The translations under genes were made by a program, and so were the position numbers. The notes beneath the pieces are model-generated. The model saw only the letters and a list, made by a program, of their open reading frames with translations, did no database searches and was not told the DNA's origin. From NCBI RefSeq assembly GCF_902652985.1, contig NC_047019.1, forward strand, positions 14,570,001 through 14,634,000: a stretch of DNA of 64,000 nt, written 5' to 3'. Positions 1 to 17,411 of the stretch are shown here, piece after piece (the first letter of the stretch is position 1; each line of letters starts with the position of its first letter). The stretch is from Pecten maximus. Lineage: Eukaryota.

Positions 1-2
1 TT

Positions 3-3000
3 GTAAAAAGTGACTCGAGCAAACATTTTGACATAAATGTGCGAGCAGTGTGGGGTTCGGTTGTTACTGGTAATGGTTTAGCTCACATGAATGAGTTCAT
101 GGCGTGTACGGACACTCCCGGGATAAGTGAAGAGACATTTTCCTCCATTGAACAAGATATTAATATGTGGTGGGCAGATGTCCTCGAGTCAGACTTGCAA
201 AAGGCTATTGAAGAAGAGAAACAAATTGCTATTTCTAAAGGCAATTTTCATGAAGGTAATTATTGTTAACATTAAGTGTTAAACAAAATAATTTGTATTA
301 ATATACCGTATAGCTAGTTATTTCTGCGGGTCAAAATGTTTGGCAATTTTCAATTAAAACTGAAAAATCAAATTTTCACGATTTGCCATTAACGGAAAAG
401 TTAATTTTCGCGGAAGTGGCTTACGATATCAAAATACTAATTATTAATGGCATGCATAACCGTTGATACGGTAGGACAATTAAGGCTTGTAAAAACAAAC
501 CGTTAGTTATCGGCCGCCAACTGATAACTGCTACGAATTGTCTGTGTTGAAGTTACTGAAACACCCGTCATAACTATAAAGGAAAACGTGACTCGGCAGA
601 AATATAGGTTGGTCATTATTATATGGTAACAGATCTTGAACGTAAATGATCACAGCCCTACAGATAATTGCTAATTGGTCAACTCGTACTAATACCTGTG
701 GTGTGCTAGAGCGTGAAAGTGTGAATCTATTGTTTAGGGAGCAAGTGTCAATTTATAACATCTTAAAGGGACAATTTGTCGTGGTTGCTTACATTCTTAT
801 TATGTTTATAAAAACTATATAAAACTTAAGTTCTGTATTCCTTATGAACTATCCATGCAGATATATTGTCAAAAAATACGGTTTCGATGCATATTTTAAA
901 TAATTGCGAAGGCATTCTTAAACGTATGGCTAGACGGGTCAGGCGATCAAGCTTGTACACTATACCCGAACCCGAACCAAATACAAAAAACATACACAAA
1001 TACAACAAATATGCATATGAAAGCTTAAAATTGTCTACTTCTAAGGATAAATTCAGATGTCATATGTCTGGAAGGTAAACAAGACCAATGTTAGTTATTA
1101 TTAACAAGATAACTTTAATAACTTTAATCAATGCAAGTAGATTACGGAACGGGTATGGGTCGTGCGATACGGGACCTTTTTTTAGCATATAAATCAACGA
1201 GAAATAAACTGACTACAATTTGTGTATTTTTATTTCATGGATTTAATTTTCGCGATCACGCCAATGACCCACGAATTGCAAAAATATCCCAGCGAAAATA
1301 ACCGGCTATACGGTACATTCGTTATATATGTGTGTATCCAACAAATATATACCTTCATCATAAATCAAAATCCTTTAATGGCTTTAACCCATTATAGCAT
1401 TTCATATATTGAACAAAACCATCTTATTACAATAGGATACACACCTCACCTACAAAGCATCATAAAAACCTGTGTTTTCCCAAGTAATAACATTTAATAG
1501 AATCAGTACATTAAAATATCGATTTTAATCGCAAGATAAACTCTTCGTGTGTTTTACGTTAATAACGCGTTACATTTATTAATGTTTTTGGTGTGTTTTA
1601 AGGAGTTCCTGCTATAAGTGTCATTTGTGATGGTGGCTGGAGCAAGCGATCACACAAGCATACTTACGATGCTCTCGGCGGTGCTGCCATCATCATTGGT
1701 GCAGAAACGAAAAAGGTTTTGCATCTCGGAATTAGAAACAAACATTGCTATATCTGCAGCAGAGCAGAATCAACAGGATGTGCTCCAAAACAGCATACAT
1801 GTTTCAAAAACTGGTGCAAATCTAGCCAAGCTATGGAGTCAGACATCATTGTGGAGGGCTTTCACAAAGCAGATAAATTGGGAATTAGATATATGTTTTT
1901 GATAGGCGATGGTGACTCATCTGTGTTTGCCCGAATCAGAGAAGATGGGCCGATTTGGGGCAAGCATGTGAAAAAATTGGAATGCTCTAACCATGTTTGT
2001 AAATGTGTAAGATCTAGTTTGGAGAATCTGGTCCTAGAAAATCCATCTTACAAAGGCAAAGGAAATTTGTGCAAACAAACTCGGATCCGGCTTGTGAGCG
2101 CTATCCGGTGTGCTATACGGATGAGATCAGGGATGTCCGACAAGAAAATTGCAGCCAAAAAACTAGATCATGACATCAGAAACTCAATCTTTCACATTTA
2201 CGGACAGCATCATAAGTGTAGTACCGATTTTTGTAAGGCTAAGCTTGCATCTAATGCAGCGTCATCAGCAACACCCATGGAGGAAAACTGTGATGATCTA
2301 TTTGAGGAACAATCCAAACTGTGGACCGAAGGTTCTTCTTTAGAGGCCCAAGAGGAGGCAAGGTATGGAACAATTATACCTATGGATACGCTTCACAAAG
2401 ATATGGTGAAAGATATTTCCATTATTTTGAACAGAGTTGCTAGTAAAAGTGAAAGGTTAATAGGAAACAACACAACAAACTGAGTGCTGGATGCACGTTC
2501 GAGCTAAGTTTGATGGAGGAAAAAATTACAATCTGTGCAACAGAGGTTCCTGGCATACTAGATGTTACGCTGGAGCTCTCAGGTTTAACTATGGTCCAAC
2601 ATGGTCCCCTCAAGTTTGGGAGAAATGCACCGATACGAAAGCAGGTACCAACTTTGTTTCCCTATATGAGAAGAGGGAAAAGCGTCTAATAAGTAGCATT
2701 GTTTCCAAAAATCGTCCGGAGTCCAAGGCTCGAAGGTGGAAAAGGAAAATGAGGTGTGTGAAGGAAGCTACCTGTAAAAAGGCAAGATCGGAATATGGAA
2801 AAGAGGCTACAGATGTTACAGAAGATCTGTCTCATAATGAACTGGAGGCTGCCACAGCGAAATTTTTCGGCGACAATTTTCAGAAGACCTCAAAAGAAAT
2901 TACAACTATTGAGGAGAACACTAGGAGTCAGTCATCATCGTCAACCTGGATAGGAAGAAAGGAAAAAACGCTTAACAGCGTCAAACTTCGGCAATGTTGT

Positions 3001-4647
3001 GAGGCGTAACCCATCGATCAAAGTGGCACCACTAGTGCGATCACTTATACATTCCAAGTTTGGAGGAACTCCTGCGATGAGGAAAGGAATCGCCTTAGAA
3101 AGAATAACCCGTCAGGAATATGTGAATTTGAAGGAGAAGGAAGGGGAAATTATCCAAGTTGCAGACATGGGACTTGTTGTGCATCCCGAACATCAATTCC
3201 TTGCTGCCAGTCCCGATGGGAAAGTGATTGAAAAAAACCACACTACAGGTCTAGTGGAAATCAAAAATGTTCTTCTTGACAAGCCTTTTAATCTTACCCA
3301 GGCCTCCAAATTGAAGGCGATGAACAACTTCTGTTTAGAAAATAGAGATGGATGTTTAGCCTTGAAAACAAACCATAACTACTTCTATCAGTGCCAAGGA
3401 TTACTTAATATTACACAATTACCATGGGTAGATTTTATTGTAAGGACTGAAAAACCGTATGAAATACATGTGGAAAGGGTATACCGAAATGAACAAATGT
3501 GGAAATCCCATATGCTACCCAAACTGTCCAGCTTTTATACAAAAGCAATGCTCCCTGAAGTTGTTGCACCGAGACATGGAATGAGCCCTGGAATACGTGA
3601 GCCAGGCTTATGGGTATGCATATAAATATACCAATAGATATGCATATAGATTTATTTACCTTAATCAAGATTAATTCTGCTGAGAAGCTGGCTGGCAATG
3701 ATAATTTTGTGTAATAATAGTAATGAAGTGAAATCAATATATAGAAAAGTATGATTTGATAATGCTGTGCGAAATTCAAAAATGTTTGAAAGCTAAAACA
3801 GGTAGTAAACTAATGAAAATTATATGTGTGTACTGTATATTTTAAATGCCTTTGTTTTGCACAGTTTGATGATACCAAACCTCTAAAAGAGAATTGCAGC
3901 CCAAGGGATGAGAATGGTGCCATAGAGGAAGCAGAGTCCACTTCAAATAAACGCACAAGGTAATTCACAATTTAGTAAAGGTAACATATTACTGACATGA
4001 AATTGATTTTGTTTCTAGTAAAAACTAAATTTATCATTACTTATCAGAGTCTCAATAATTTTTGTCCTCTCCTTTCCTCCTCAGCCTGACTGCCCTTGTG
4101 GAGTAAACAAGGTTTTTGAGAAAGGGAAATCTCTATAGATACCAATGCAAATTACGTTTATAGAAGTAACCATCAATGAGGGTAGCTGCACCTCTAGAAC
4201 TGCCAGTATCTCAATCTTGGTAGCATATTACGAAGTGCTTTTGATCAAATTCACTAAGCAATTAATTTAATTGAAAATGGTTACCAGCAATTTGAAAATG
4301 TTCTACCATAACTTGTATACAAACGTATCTGATGTAATAATGCTTGTAAACTGTATATACATGTATACAGGTCTTTCAATAAGTCAGATTATTGAAATTT
4401 CTTTTTATATTGAAGGAGGAAGAGGCAGTGTCAAAGGCCCAAATTGGTAGGGCGAAGGATATCACACCAATGGATCAGCGATGGGAATACAAAACAGTGG
4501 TTTAATGGGACTGTACTGTCACTTATAAGGGGTGTAGCTGGCACTCGAAGTGCTGTGTATGAAGTGCAGTACGATGACGGGATATATGAAATAGACCACT
4601 TGGTTGAAGATTTTGAAATGTCTCAAGTTAAATTTATTGATGTTTAG
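3..4647 (+). mobile_element. DNA-transposon gene, 5'-truncated by the window and inactivated by 2 frameshifts: DDE transposase (Mutator-like/Kolobok-type) + YqaJ/lambda-exonuclease PD-(D/E)XK domain + Spindlin-like Tudor domain
   Basis: Exons with GT-AG and matching phase: <3-255, 1603-3613, 3865-3959, 4416-4647. Transposase motifs: DINVRAVWGS, VICDGGWSKRSHKHTY, GIRNKHCYIC, LIGDGDSS, KLECSNH. YqaJ motifs: RLTASNFG, FLAASPDG, EIK, YFYQCQGLL. Tudor motif: LVGRRISHQW..WFNGTVL..YEVQYDD. Frameshifts at about 2481 (NNTTN/ECWMHVRAKFDGGK) and about 2953 (W/EERKKRLTASNFG). Confidence 0.85.
306..1313. mobile_element. Non-autonomous TIR element (MITE, Tc1/mariner-pogo type) inside the transposase intron
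   Basis: Imperfect TIR of about 25 bp (ccgtatagctagttatttctgcggg / cccagcgaaaataaccggctatacgg) flanked by TA at 304-305 and 1314-1315; no coding capacity. Confidence 0.8.
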
Positions 4648-5072
4648 AGGTAATTTCAAGTGCTACAATAGAAACATATTTAAACAAAAATTCTGTCCTC
4701 CAATGAGTGTTATAACATATTCTGTAATTTTAGGTAATATTTGTTTACCTTGAAGTTGAGTACCTTAAATTGAACAAAATTCCATTTTGGTATTATCAAA
4801 GGAACATAGTTTAACAAAATAATGTCTGGCAATAGTGTTGCTCTATGAAAAACACAGTTATAACCATTCAATGGTTTAAAAACAAGATAATTTAATGTGA
4901 AAATCAACTACATGGTAGGCAATAACTATAGGATTACACTAAATAATAGAAACCAAATTTGAAATCACGTGAATTTTGCATGATTTATTGCAGTTCATAG
5001 TTATAATTTTCTTTAACAGAGTCCACTGATCCGGTGTCCAGACAAATTGGTGTGGGAGAAAGAAAGTATATG

Positions 5073-5199
5073 TGTAGCGGAACTGGACTGGGTCGATCAT
5101 CGGCGACCAGGTAGCTCAATTGGTAGAGCATCCGGCTAGTGTTCGGAGGTCCCGGGTTCGAACCCCGGTCTGACCGTGCATTTTTCCACTCCTGTTACA
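5073..5199 (+). mobile_element. 127-bp solo LTR containing a tRNA-Thr(AGT)-like sequence (TRIM-like, tRNA-derived LTR)
   Basis: Starts TGTAGCGGA and ends TCCTGTTACA (TG..CA, short inverted termini). 4-bp TSD TATG at 5069-5072 and 5200-5203. Interior (about 5102-5176) has A box tagctcaattggtagagc, anticodon arm tccgg-ctAGTgt-tcgga, B box gggttcgaacccc and then a T5 run. Confidence 0.75.
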
Positions 5200-6109
5200 T
5201 ATGTACCTGCATGTGTAGTGAAATTGTATATAGAAACACAGACAGTGAGACTTTTTTGGATAAAATCTTGGAATTTTATTGAGGTGAGCAGAGAGATCAT
5301 TTCACACATTTCTTTACAGTTCCTGTTTTAACGTTATTTTTTGCAAAACTTCAAGATATTAAAAGGTGTCATTTTATGGTTGACTAAGGCCTCCATACAT
5401 TGGTAAAAAGTAGTTCCAACATGGCTGTCTTGAGACATTTCTCCAGAATATTACCTGTTATATTTTGCACATTTATTCCCATAAGCAATATCTTTTATGT
5501 ACAAATACAAATGGTATGCCATTTACATGATTATAAAGGACCCTATGTTAATTATATTTCATTGTTTATGGACCAAGGGAAGTAACTCTAAGTTTTGCAA
5601 AAAATTTCATTAAAATTTTATTTTAAACTGCCATATCATTTACAATGTATTTGGTACCCTTTAAAATTTCAAGACAACAGTAATCAGTTACTTTAAGAAA
5701 AAATGAACAAATTGATGTACAACAACTGTGGTTTTGGGATAGGATTAAATAAAATTAACTCTACCAAAATGTAGTAGATTCAAAGTGGTATGATGAACCT
5801 TAATGTAATTCATTCATCTGCTTTTTACTTTCGGTAAAACATGCATAAAAAGGCAAATTTCATGAGAAGACGGTAAGTGTTCATCACGTATTATGTATAA
5901 AATAAACATGCTGTCGATTGCAGGTAGTTGGGACATTTCTTGGATCGCATTAACTTCATAAAATCATAAAGATTGAATATATTTTCATCTGGATTTGCTA
6001 TTCAGATGAACCTTAACATATGTTGCGTTTGTGAAGGCAGAGCTTCAGTATGTTATGTGCTTTTTGGGACGTCAGATTATGCTTTTTGGGACGTCAGATT
6101 ATACCTATA

Positions 6110-6643
6110 GCTACCCTGCAGGTAGGGCGTAAGAATTGTACCTGCTGCCCCCATTGCATGATCGTAAGAGGCGACTAAACTTGGGATCTTATCTTTTCTC
6201 TTCTTTCTTAACAACTTTCTTCTTCCTAATGTCTCCCTTGACAATGCGTCACTTTTGGCCTTTAGTTGAGCGTTCGCCGCTGTGAGGAAGGTTTTGGGTT
6301 CTGTCCCCTAGCCGAGACATACCAAAGTCTTTAAAAATGGTAGTTGCTACTCCTGCTTAGCGCTCAGCATAGTTTGAGTGAAACGACTGGTTCGCCCGTT
6401 GTCAGTATAATGTGACCGGGTGGGGTGTGCTGCTGGGTGTCTTCGGGAGTATGCTTCAGTGAGATAGCACTATAAATCGGCAAAAGTTCCGGCCTATCAC
6501 AAGGAGACTTAACACGAACATACCGCAGCCTCCCAAAACACACATACGCACTCACCACACGCATATATGTCGCACGCACGGGAGGCCGTCCTTAAATGAC
6601 CTTAGCTGTTAATAGGACGTTAAACAAAATAAACCAAACCAAA
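6110..6643 (+). mobile_element. Full-length SINE, family A (Meta-domain-like core, LINE-type tail)
   Basis: 12-bp TSD attatacctata (6098-6109, 6644-6655). Degenerate tRNA-like segment at about 6255-6320, Meta-like core (aaagtctttaaaaatggtagttgctactcctgcttagcgctcagcat), tail taaatgaccttagctgttaataggacgttaaac(aaacc)n. At least 5 other copies in the window. Confidence 0.8.
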
Positions 6644-6700
6644 ATTATACCTATATTGACAATCAATGTGATCTTATATTTACTTGTGAGGTCATATCGA

Positions 6701-6773
6701 GGTTCCGTGGTGTAGTGGTTATCACGTCTGCTTAACACGCAGAAGGTCACGAGTTCGAAACTCGTCGGAACCT
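6701..6773 (+). tRNA. tRNA-Val (AAC)
   Basis: 73-nt cloverleaf: acceptor ggttccg/cggaacc, anticodon arm tctgc-ttAACac-gcaga, T arm acgag-ttcgaaa-ctcgt; T-rich terminator downstream. Confidence 0.93.
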
Positions 6774-7105
6774 ATGTAGTATCTTTTATTTATTTTTTTT
6801 TACATAAAAGACTAGAGGCTCGGTTTTCTCTTTCTGTACGAAGAAATGCATATCTAGAAAAAAATGGATTCCCTCGCATGCTTTAAATGACTGCCATATA
6901 TTAATATCGCAGTAAACAAAAAAAAATCTCTCGCATACATTTCATTCCGTTATATCTCGCACTTTCGTCAATTTCAATATTTGTTTAGGGAACAAATATA
7001 GTTTTCACATGTTTTGAGTAAACAATTGATCAATAATTATTTGAACCGTATATGAATGCGATGCGCTGTAATAGACTCAACATTTAGTGGCGTCCGTAAC
7101 ATATC

Positions 7106-7178
7106 GGTTTCGTGGTGTAGTGGTTATCACGTCTGCTTTACACGCAGAAGGTCGCGAGTTCGAACCTCGCCGAAACCT
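7106..7178 (+). tRNA. tRNA-Val (TAC)
   Basis: 73-nt cloverleaf: ggtttcg/cgaaacc, anticodon arm tctgc-ttTACac-gcaga, T arm gcgag-ttcgaac-ctcgc; followed by ctttcttttt. Confidence 0.93.
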
Positions 7179-8126
7179 CGCTTTCTTTTTATACCATGAC
7201 TTTGGATTTTATTTCATTTCTTAATCATCCATTGAAACTTAGAAAATAACCAGCAGAGCGAAGCTGGTATGAAGAACTTTGAAATGATTATTTTTGTTTT
7301 TCGATATAACCAAATGGAGCATTTTGAGCAATTGAACACAAGAAAGGAAATTTGGTTTTTCAATATGCAGAATAACAGTAGACGCTCATCAATATTTTGA
7401 AAATTTTAATAATAAACCTGATCGGATTACCAATAGTAGGAAACTCTCAAACTCTACATAAATATTATCCAAAATTCAACGTCCTTAAATTTACAGTTAC
7501 AGTTTATACATATAAATAAAGTAGTTGAACTGGAGTTGCGAACCATGTTTAAAACGTTGCATTTTATTTCATTTGAACCGGTACACCAGAATGGTGAACC
7601 GGTTCAAATGAAAAAAACAACATTCTGGTTTACATAGTTAACAGGACGTGATAGACTTGTTTAATAACTTCAACTATCCTTATGAATATGTTATGTAGAA
7701 ACTGCAACATGTTTTTATTGGGAGTCATATACATAAAATATACATTATGTCTCACAATGAATGCACGGTGGCTCACAAAAGTTGACAGAATATTTTCCAA
7801 TGGCTTCTCTCACAGTTCATTTACCTTGACCAACTTTGACCTACATTTGCATGTCAGTTGTCGTCGACAACACAGTAGAAGTTCACCCTTCCGGACCATC
7901 AAGTCTTACTTTCCTTACACTTTTTCCATAGTCCATATGCAAATCTATATTTTGTTCTTGTATCTTGATTCGTCGATTTTATCGATTTTTAAACATCATT
8001 ATGTGCATGGACACTTTCCGACGATAATAATGCATATATGCATTATCTGTTGAAAATTAAAATGCCACAAGACGAGAGCGTTAAAGATAAAACAATAGGT
8101 AGTGTTCGATCCAGGTTGGCAGCCGA

Positions 8127-14104
<5,978 letters not shown>

Positions 14105-15369
14105 CGTGTCTAAAAATAGAAAATGAAAGAATTCACGTAACTTCCTTGTCCGGATAGATATGTGATATATAACAAACAAAATTTACATATATTCAGGAAG
14201 ATATGTCGACCTTGTATCCAATCATATTATACATGCCTAATATGGTTATACGATATATCATGTTTATTAGATAACTATATTAAACTTGTGGGTTATCGTT
14301 TGTCTTCAATAATACAAATTGTATCATATGTTCGATATTTCATAAATCATATTCAACACTACAAAAGATATCTTATGAAATTCAAGTAAATCCCTTATAT
14401 TTCGCGTGGGATTTATTTTCGCATTGATAATCGAGGATAGTCAAATCGTTTTCACGCAAATTTGCTTTTATTTCATATATATATATATACCATATCACAT
14501 AATCACAATCATATCTGCTGGCCACATATTGCCTTTAATTTTAGACATAGAAAACTCTGTACTTTGTTATTCTTTTAAGTGATATCCCCACAACTTCAAA
14601 AAATGCGTCAATTAAGTATTGAACGGCTTTCAGTTGGCATTCATATTGACTATGAATGCCAACTGAAAACCGTTCAATGCTTATATTTACCATCTGCGAT
14701 TTTTTATTTGTCGTGCGATTTTTTTTTTTTTTTAAATTTTCAAATTCAAATTTCAGTTGGCAGTTCATAAGCTGGTGAACTCGCAACTGAATTGGTAGGG
14801 TTATATAGTGACAGTGCCATACAATGGTAAATATTCATATATGTACAGTTATAGGTCAGATGTCGAGCACATGTGCCACAATAAAGAGTAAGAAAAGTGC
14901 CAACATAATTTCAATACCACCCAAAATAGTTATTTTATTGAATTGCATAATAAGCAGTAGGAAAATCTTCAAATGCGTTACTGTCGGGTCGGATGTTCTT
15001 CCAGACATTGTGAGTCAAAAGTGACTCAATGTTGAGTCAATGGAGAGCCAATGGTGAGTCGGTGGTGAGTCAATGGTGAGTTTCTAATGTCGGTTAGTTA
15101 CCTTGTTAACAACTCACCTCATTCTCCAAACATAAAAGCATGTGGAGCATTCACATTCGTAGGTTTTGTCTTTGTGCTAATATGCATGAGCAAGTCTGTT
15201 CACAGGTAAATACAATCACAGCATGTATAACATGACTGAATCATGTGATTTTTCCGGAATATTCACGTGGCTCACAAACAAAATAGCGGTCAAAATGACT
15301 AAATCTGCTAGTGATATAGGAGTACATCTTACAGCTCGTCATTCGCGAAATTAAGGTCATCGTTCACGA

Positions 15370-15899
15370 TTGGTTTGGTTTATTTTGTTTAACGTCCTAT
15401 CAACAGCTAAGGTCATTCAAGGACGGCCTTCCGTGCGTGCGATATGCATGCGTGTGGCGAGTGCGTATGTGTGTTTTGGGAGACTGCGGTATGTTTGTAT
15501 GAAGTCTCCTTGTGGTAGGCCGGAATTTTTACCGATTTATAGTGCTACCTCACTGAAGCATACTGCCGAAGACACCCAGCAGCACACCCACCCGGTCACA
15601 TTATACTGACAACGGGTGAACCAGTCGTCCAACTTCTAATATGCTGCGCCCTAAGCAGGAGTAGCAACTACCATTTTTAAAGACTCTGGCATGTCTCGGC
15701 CAGGGGACAGAACCCAAAGCCTTCCTCATAGGGGCGAACGCTCAACTAAAGGCCAAAAGTGAGGCATTGTCAAGGGAGACATTAGGAAGAAGAAAGTTTG
15801 TAAGAAAGAAGAGAAAAGATAAGATCCCAAATTCAGTCGCCTCTTACGATCATGCAATGGGGGCAGCAGGTACAATTCTTATGCCCTACCTGCAGGGCA
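15370..15899 (-). mobile_element. Full-length SINE family A copy
   Basis: Close reverse complement of 6110-6643; 12-bp TSD catcgttcacga (15358-15369, 15900-15911). Confidence 0.85.
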
Positions 15900-16094
15900 C
15901 ATCGTTCACGAAATCTTGTTATCGCAAACATGTCTGAAGAAAGTCTAAGTGATATACAGTATGTATAAAATAGCATAAATCATCCTGTAAAATACATGTT
16001 TGACATAACTTTCTGGATAAATGTAAACCTGATTAGACATGACGTCATTTCATATCGTTGATATGCGATATCGTTATCTAAATCACTAACAAGA

Positions 16095-16398
16095 AAAACA
16101 TTAAAACATTTAAACTCTTAAACATTAAACACTGAAATACTTCAACATTAAACATTGAAATGCTTTAACATAAAACATTGAAATGCTTTAGCAAAAAAAC
16201 TTTGAAATGCTTTAACATAAAACTTTAAAATACTCTAACATAAAACTTTAAAATACTCTAACATAAAACATTGAAATGATTTAACATAAAACATTGAAAT
16301 GATTTAACATAAAACATTGAAATTATTTAACATAAAACATTGAACTGCTTTAACATGAAACATTGAAATGCTTTAACATAAAACATTGAAATGCTTTA
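16095..16398. repeat. Minisatellite, about 23-bp unit
   Basis: Repeated aacataaaacattgaaatgcttt, about 12 copies. Confidence 0.85.
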
Positions 16399-17411
16399 TC
16401 AGAGTAATGATCTGAATGTTAGTACTCATCTGATGGTCTATATAAAATCATTATATTGATATATTTATGATAAACATTTAACAGTGTTATAATTACCTTT
16501 ATTGGCGATGAATCTTTTTCAGCCGTAATCTACCCTGAAGAGTCGTGTTGGATGAATGACTGTCGGTGTGTTATATACAGTGTTGGATTGAAGGACTGTC
16601 GGTGAGTTCGGTACGCCGTGTACCTTGGGTTGTGTCTTGTCTTGTGACTGAACAGTAGGTAAATTACACCCCAAAAACCTGCCGAGTGTGTCTTGTGACT
16701 CTCGCCCTGTTTGCCAGAGCTTTGTCAGCTTTCTTCCTCTCATCATCTCTACATTGAATAATGCACATCAACAATTATTCTAGTTTGTGTAAAACAAAAG
16801 TATAGCACCGTGGCTTACGCACATGTTTAAAGGTATCTTACAATTGTTTTAATATGAATAATGTTTTAGTTTTACATTTCAATTCAAGATGTAGGCTAAA
16901 TATTTTAAATTTAAAAAAAAAATATCGCTTTTCTGTCCAGGAAGTCATGTGAGCCGAACAAAATTGGCATTTTGCCAGTGGTTCTTGCGTGTATATCCTT
17001 GAATATCAGGACTGAATAAATTCTGTCGATACCCGCATCTATCAAAATATAGCGAAATATTCTCTGTTTGCAGGTGTTCGTATGTACACAGATTAACAGG
17101 AAATAACTAAACTAGTCCATGCATGGCTTTCTACCTGGCCTAGTTTTCACATTGTGTGGGTGTCATAAAAGTCATTGTGAACATTATACTTAGCAAGCAC
17201 ACTTAGTGTTGTACGTGCAAAACATATATAGTGCAAAGGTCAATTAGTTAACCAATCAACTCAATTAGTATAAACTCTGCTTACCGCCAGAAATCTGAGA
17301 GAAACGTACCTAGATATAGTGTCTTAGTATATAGTGTGAGTATGCATTGTGATGATACTCTCCGAGAAAGAGTCATTATAACCGATTGAACTCAAGAAAA
17401 TGATGTTGAGG

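Noticed and set aside
2999-3625. Phage or viral recombinase gene (horizontal transfer or contamination)
   Set aside because: The YqaJ domain is continuous with the transposase and embedded in spliceosomal introns, so it belongs to a eukaryotic transposon.
5102-5176. Functional tRNA-Thr gene
   Set aside because: The acceptor stem pairs poorly and the sequence sits inside TG..CA termini with a TSD, so it is treated as part of an LTR.
6112-6190. HDV-like or hammerhead ribozyme at the SINE head
   Set aside because: Helix order and spacing do not fit the HDV double pseudoknot, and there is no CUGANGA/GAAA core. Kept only as an unclassified structure.
16497-16750. Possible upstream exon of cathepsin L or a separate gene (75-aa ORF, donor-like site)
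   Set aside because: No recognisable protein similarity and no way to link it without transcripts.
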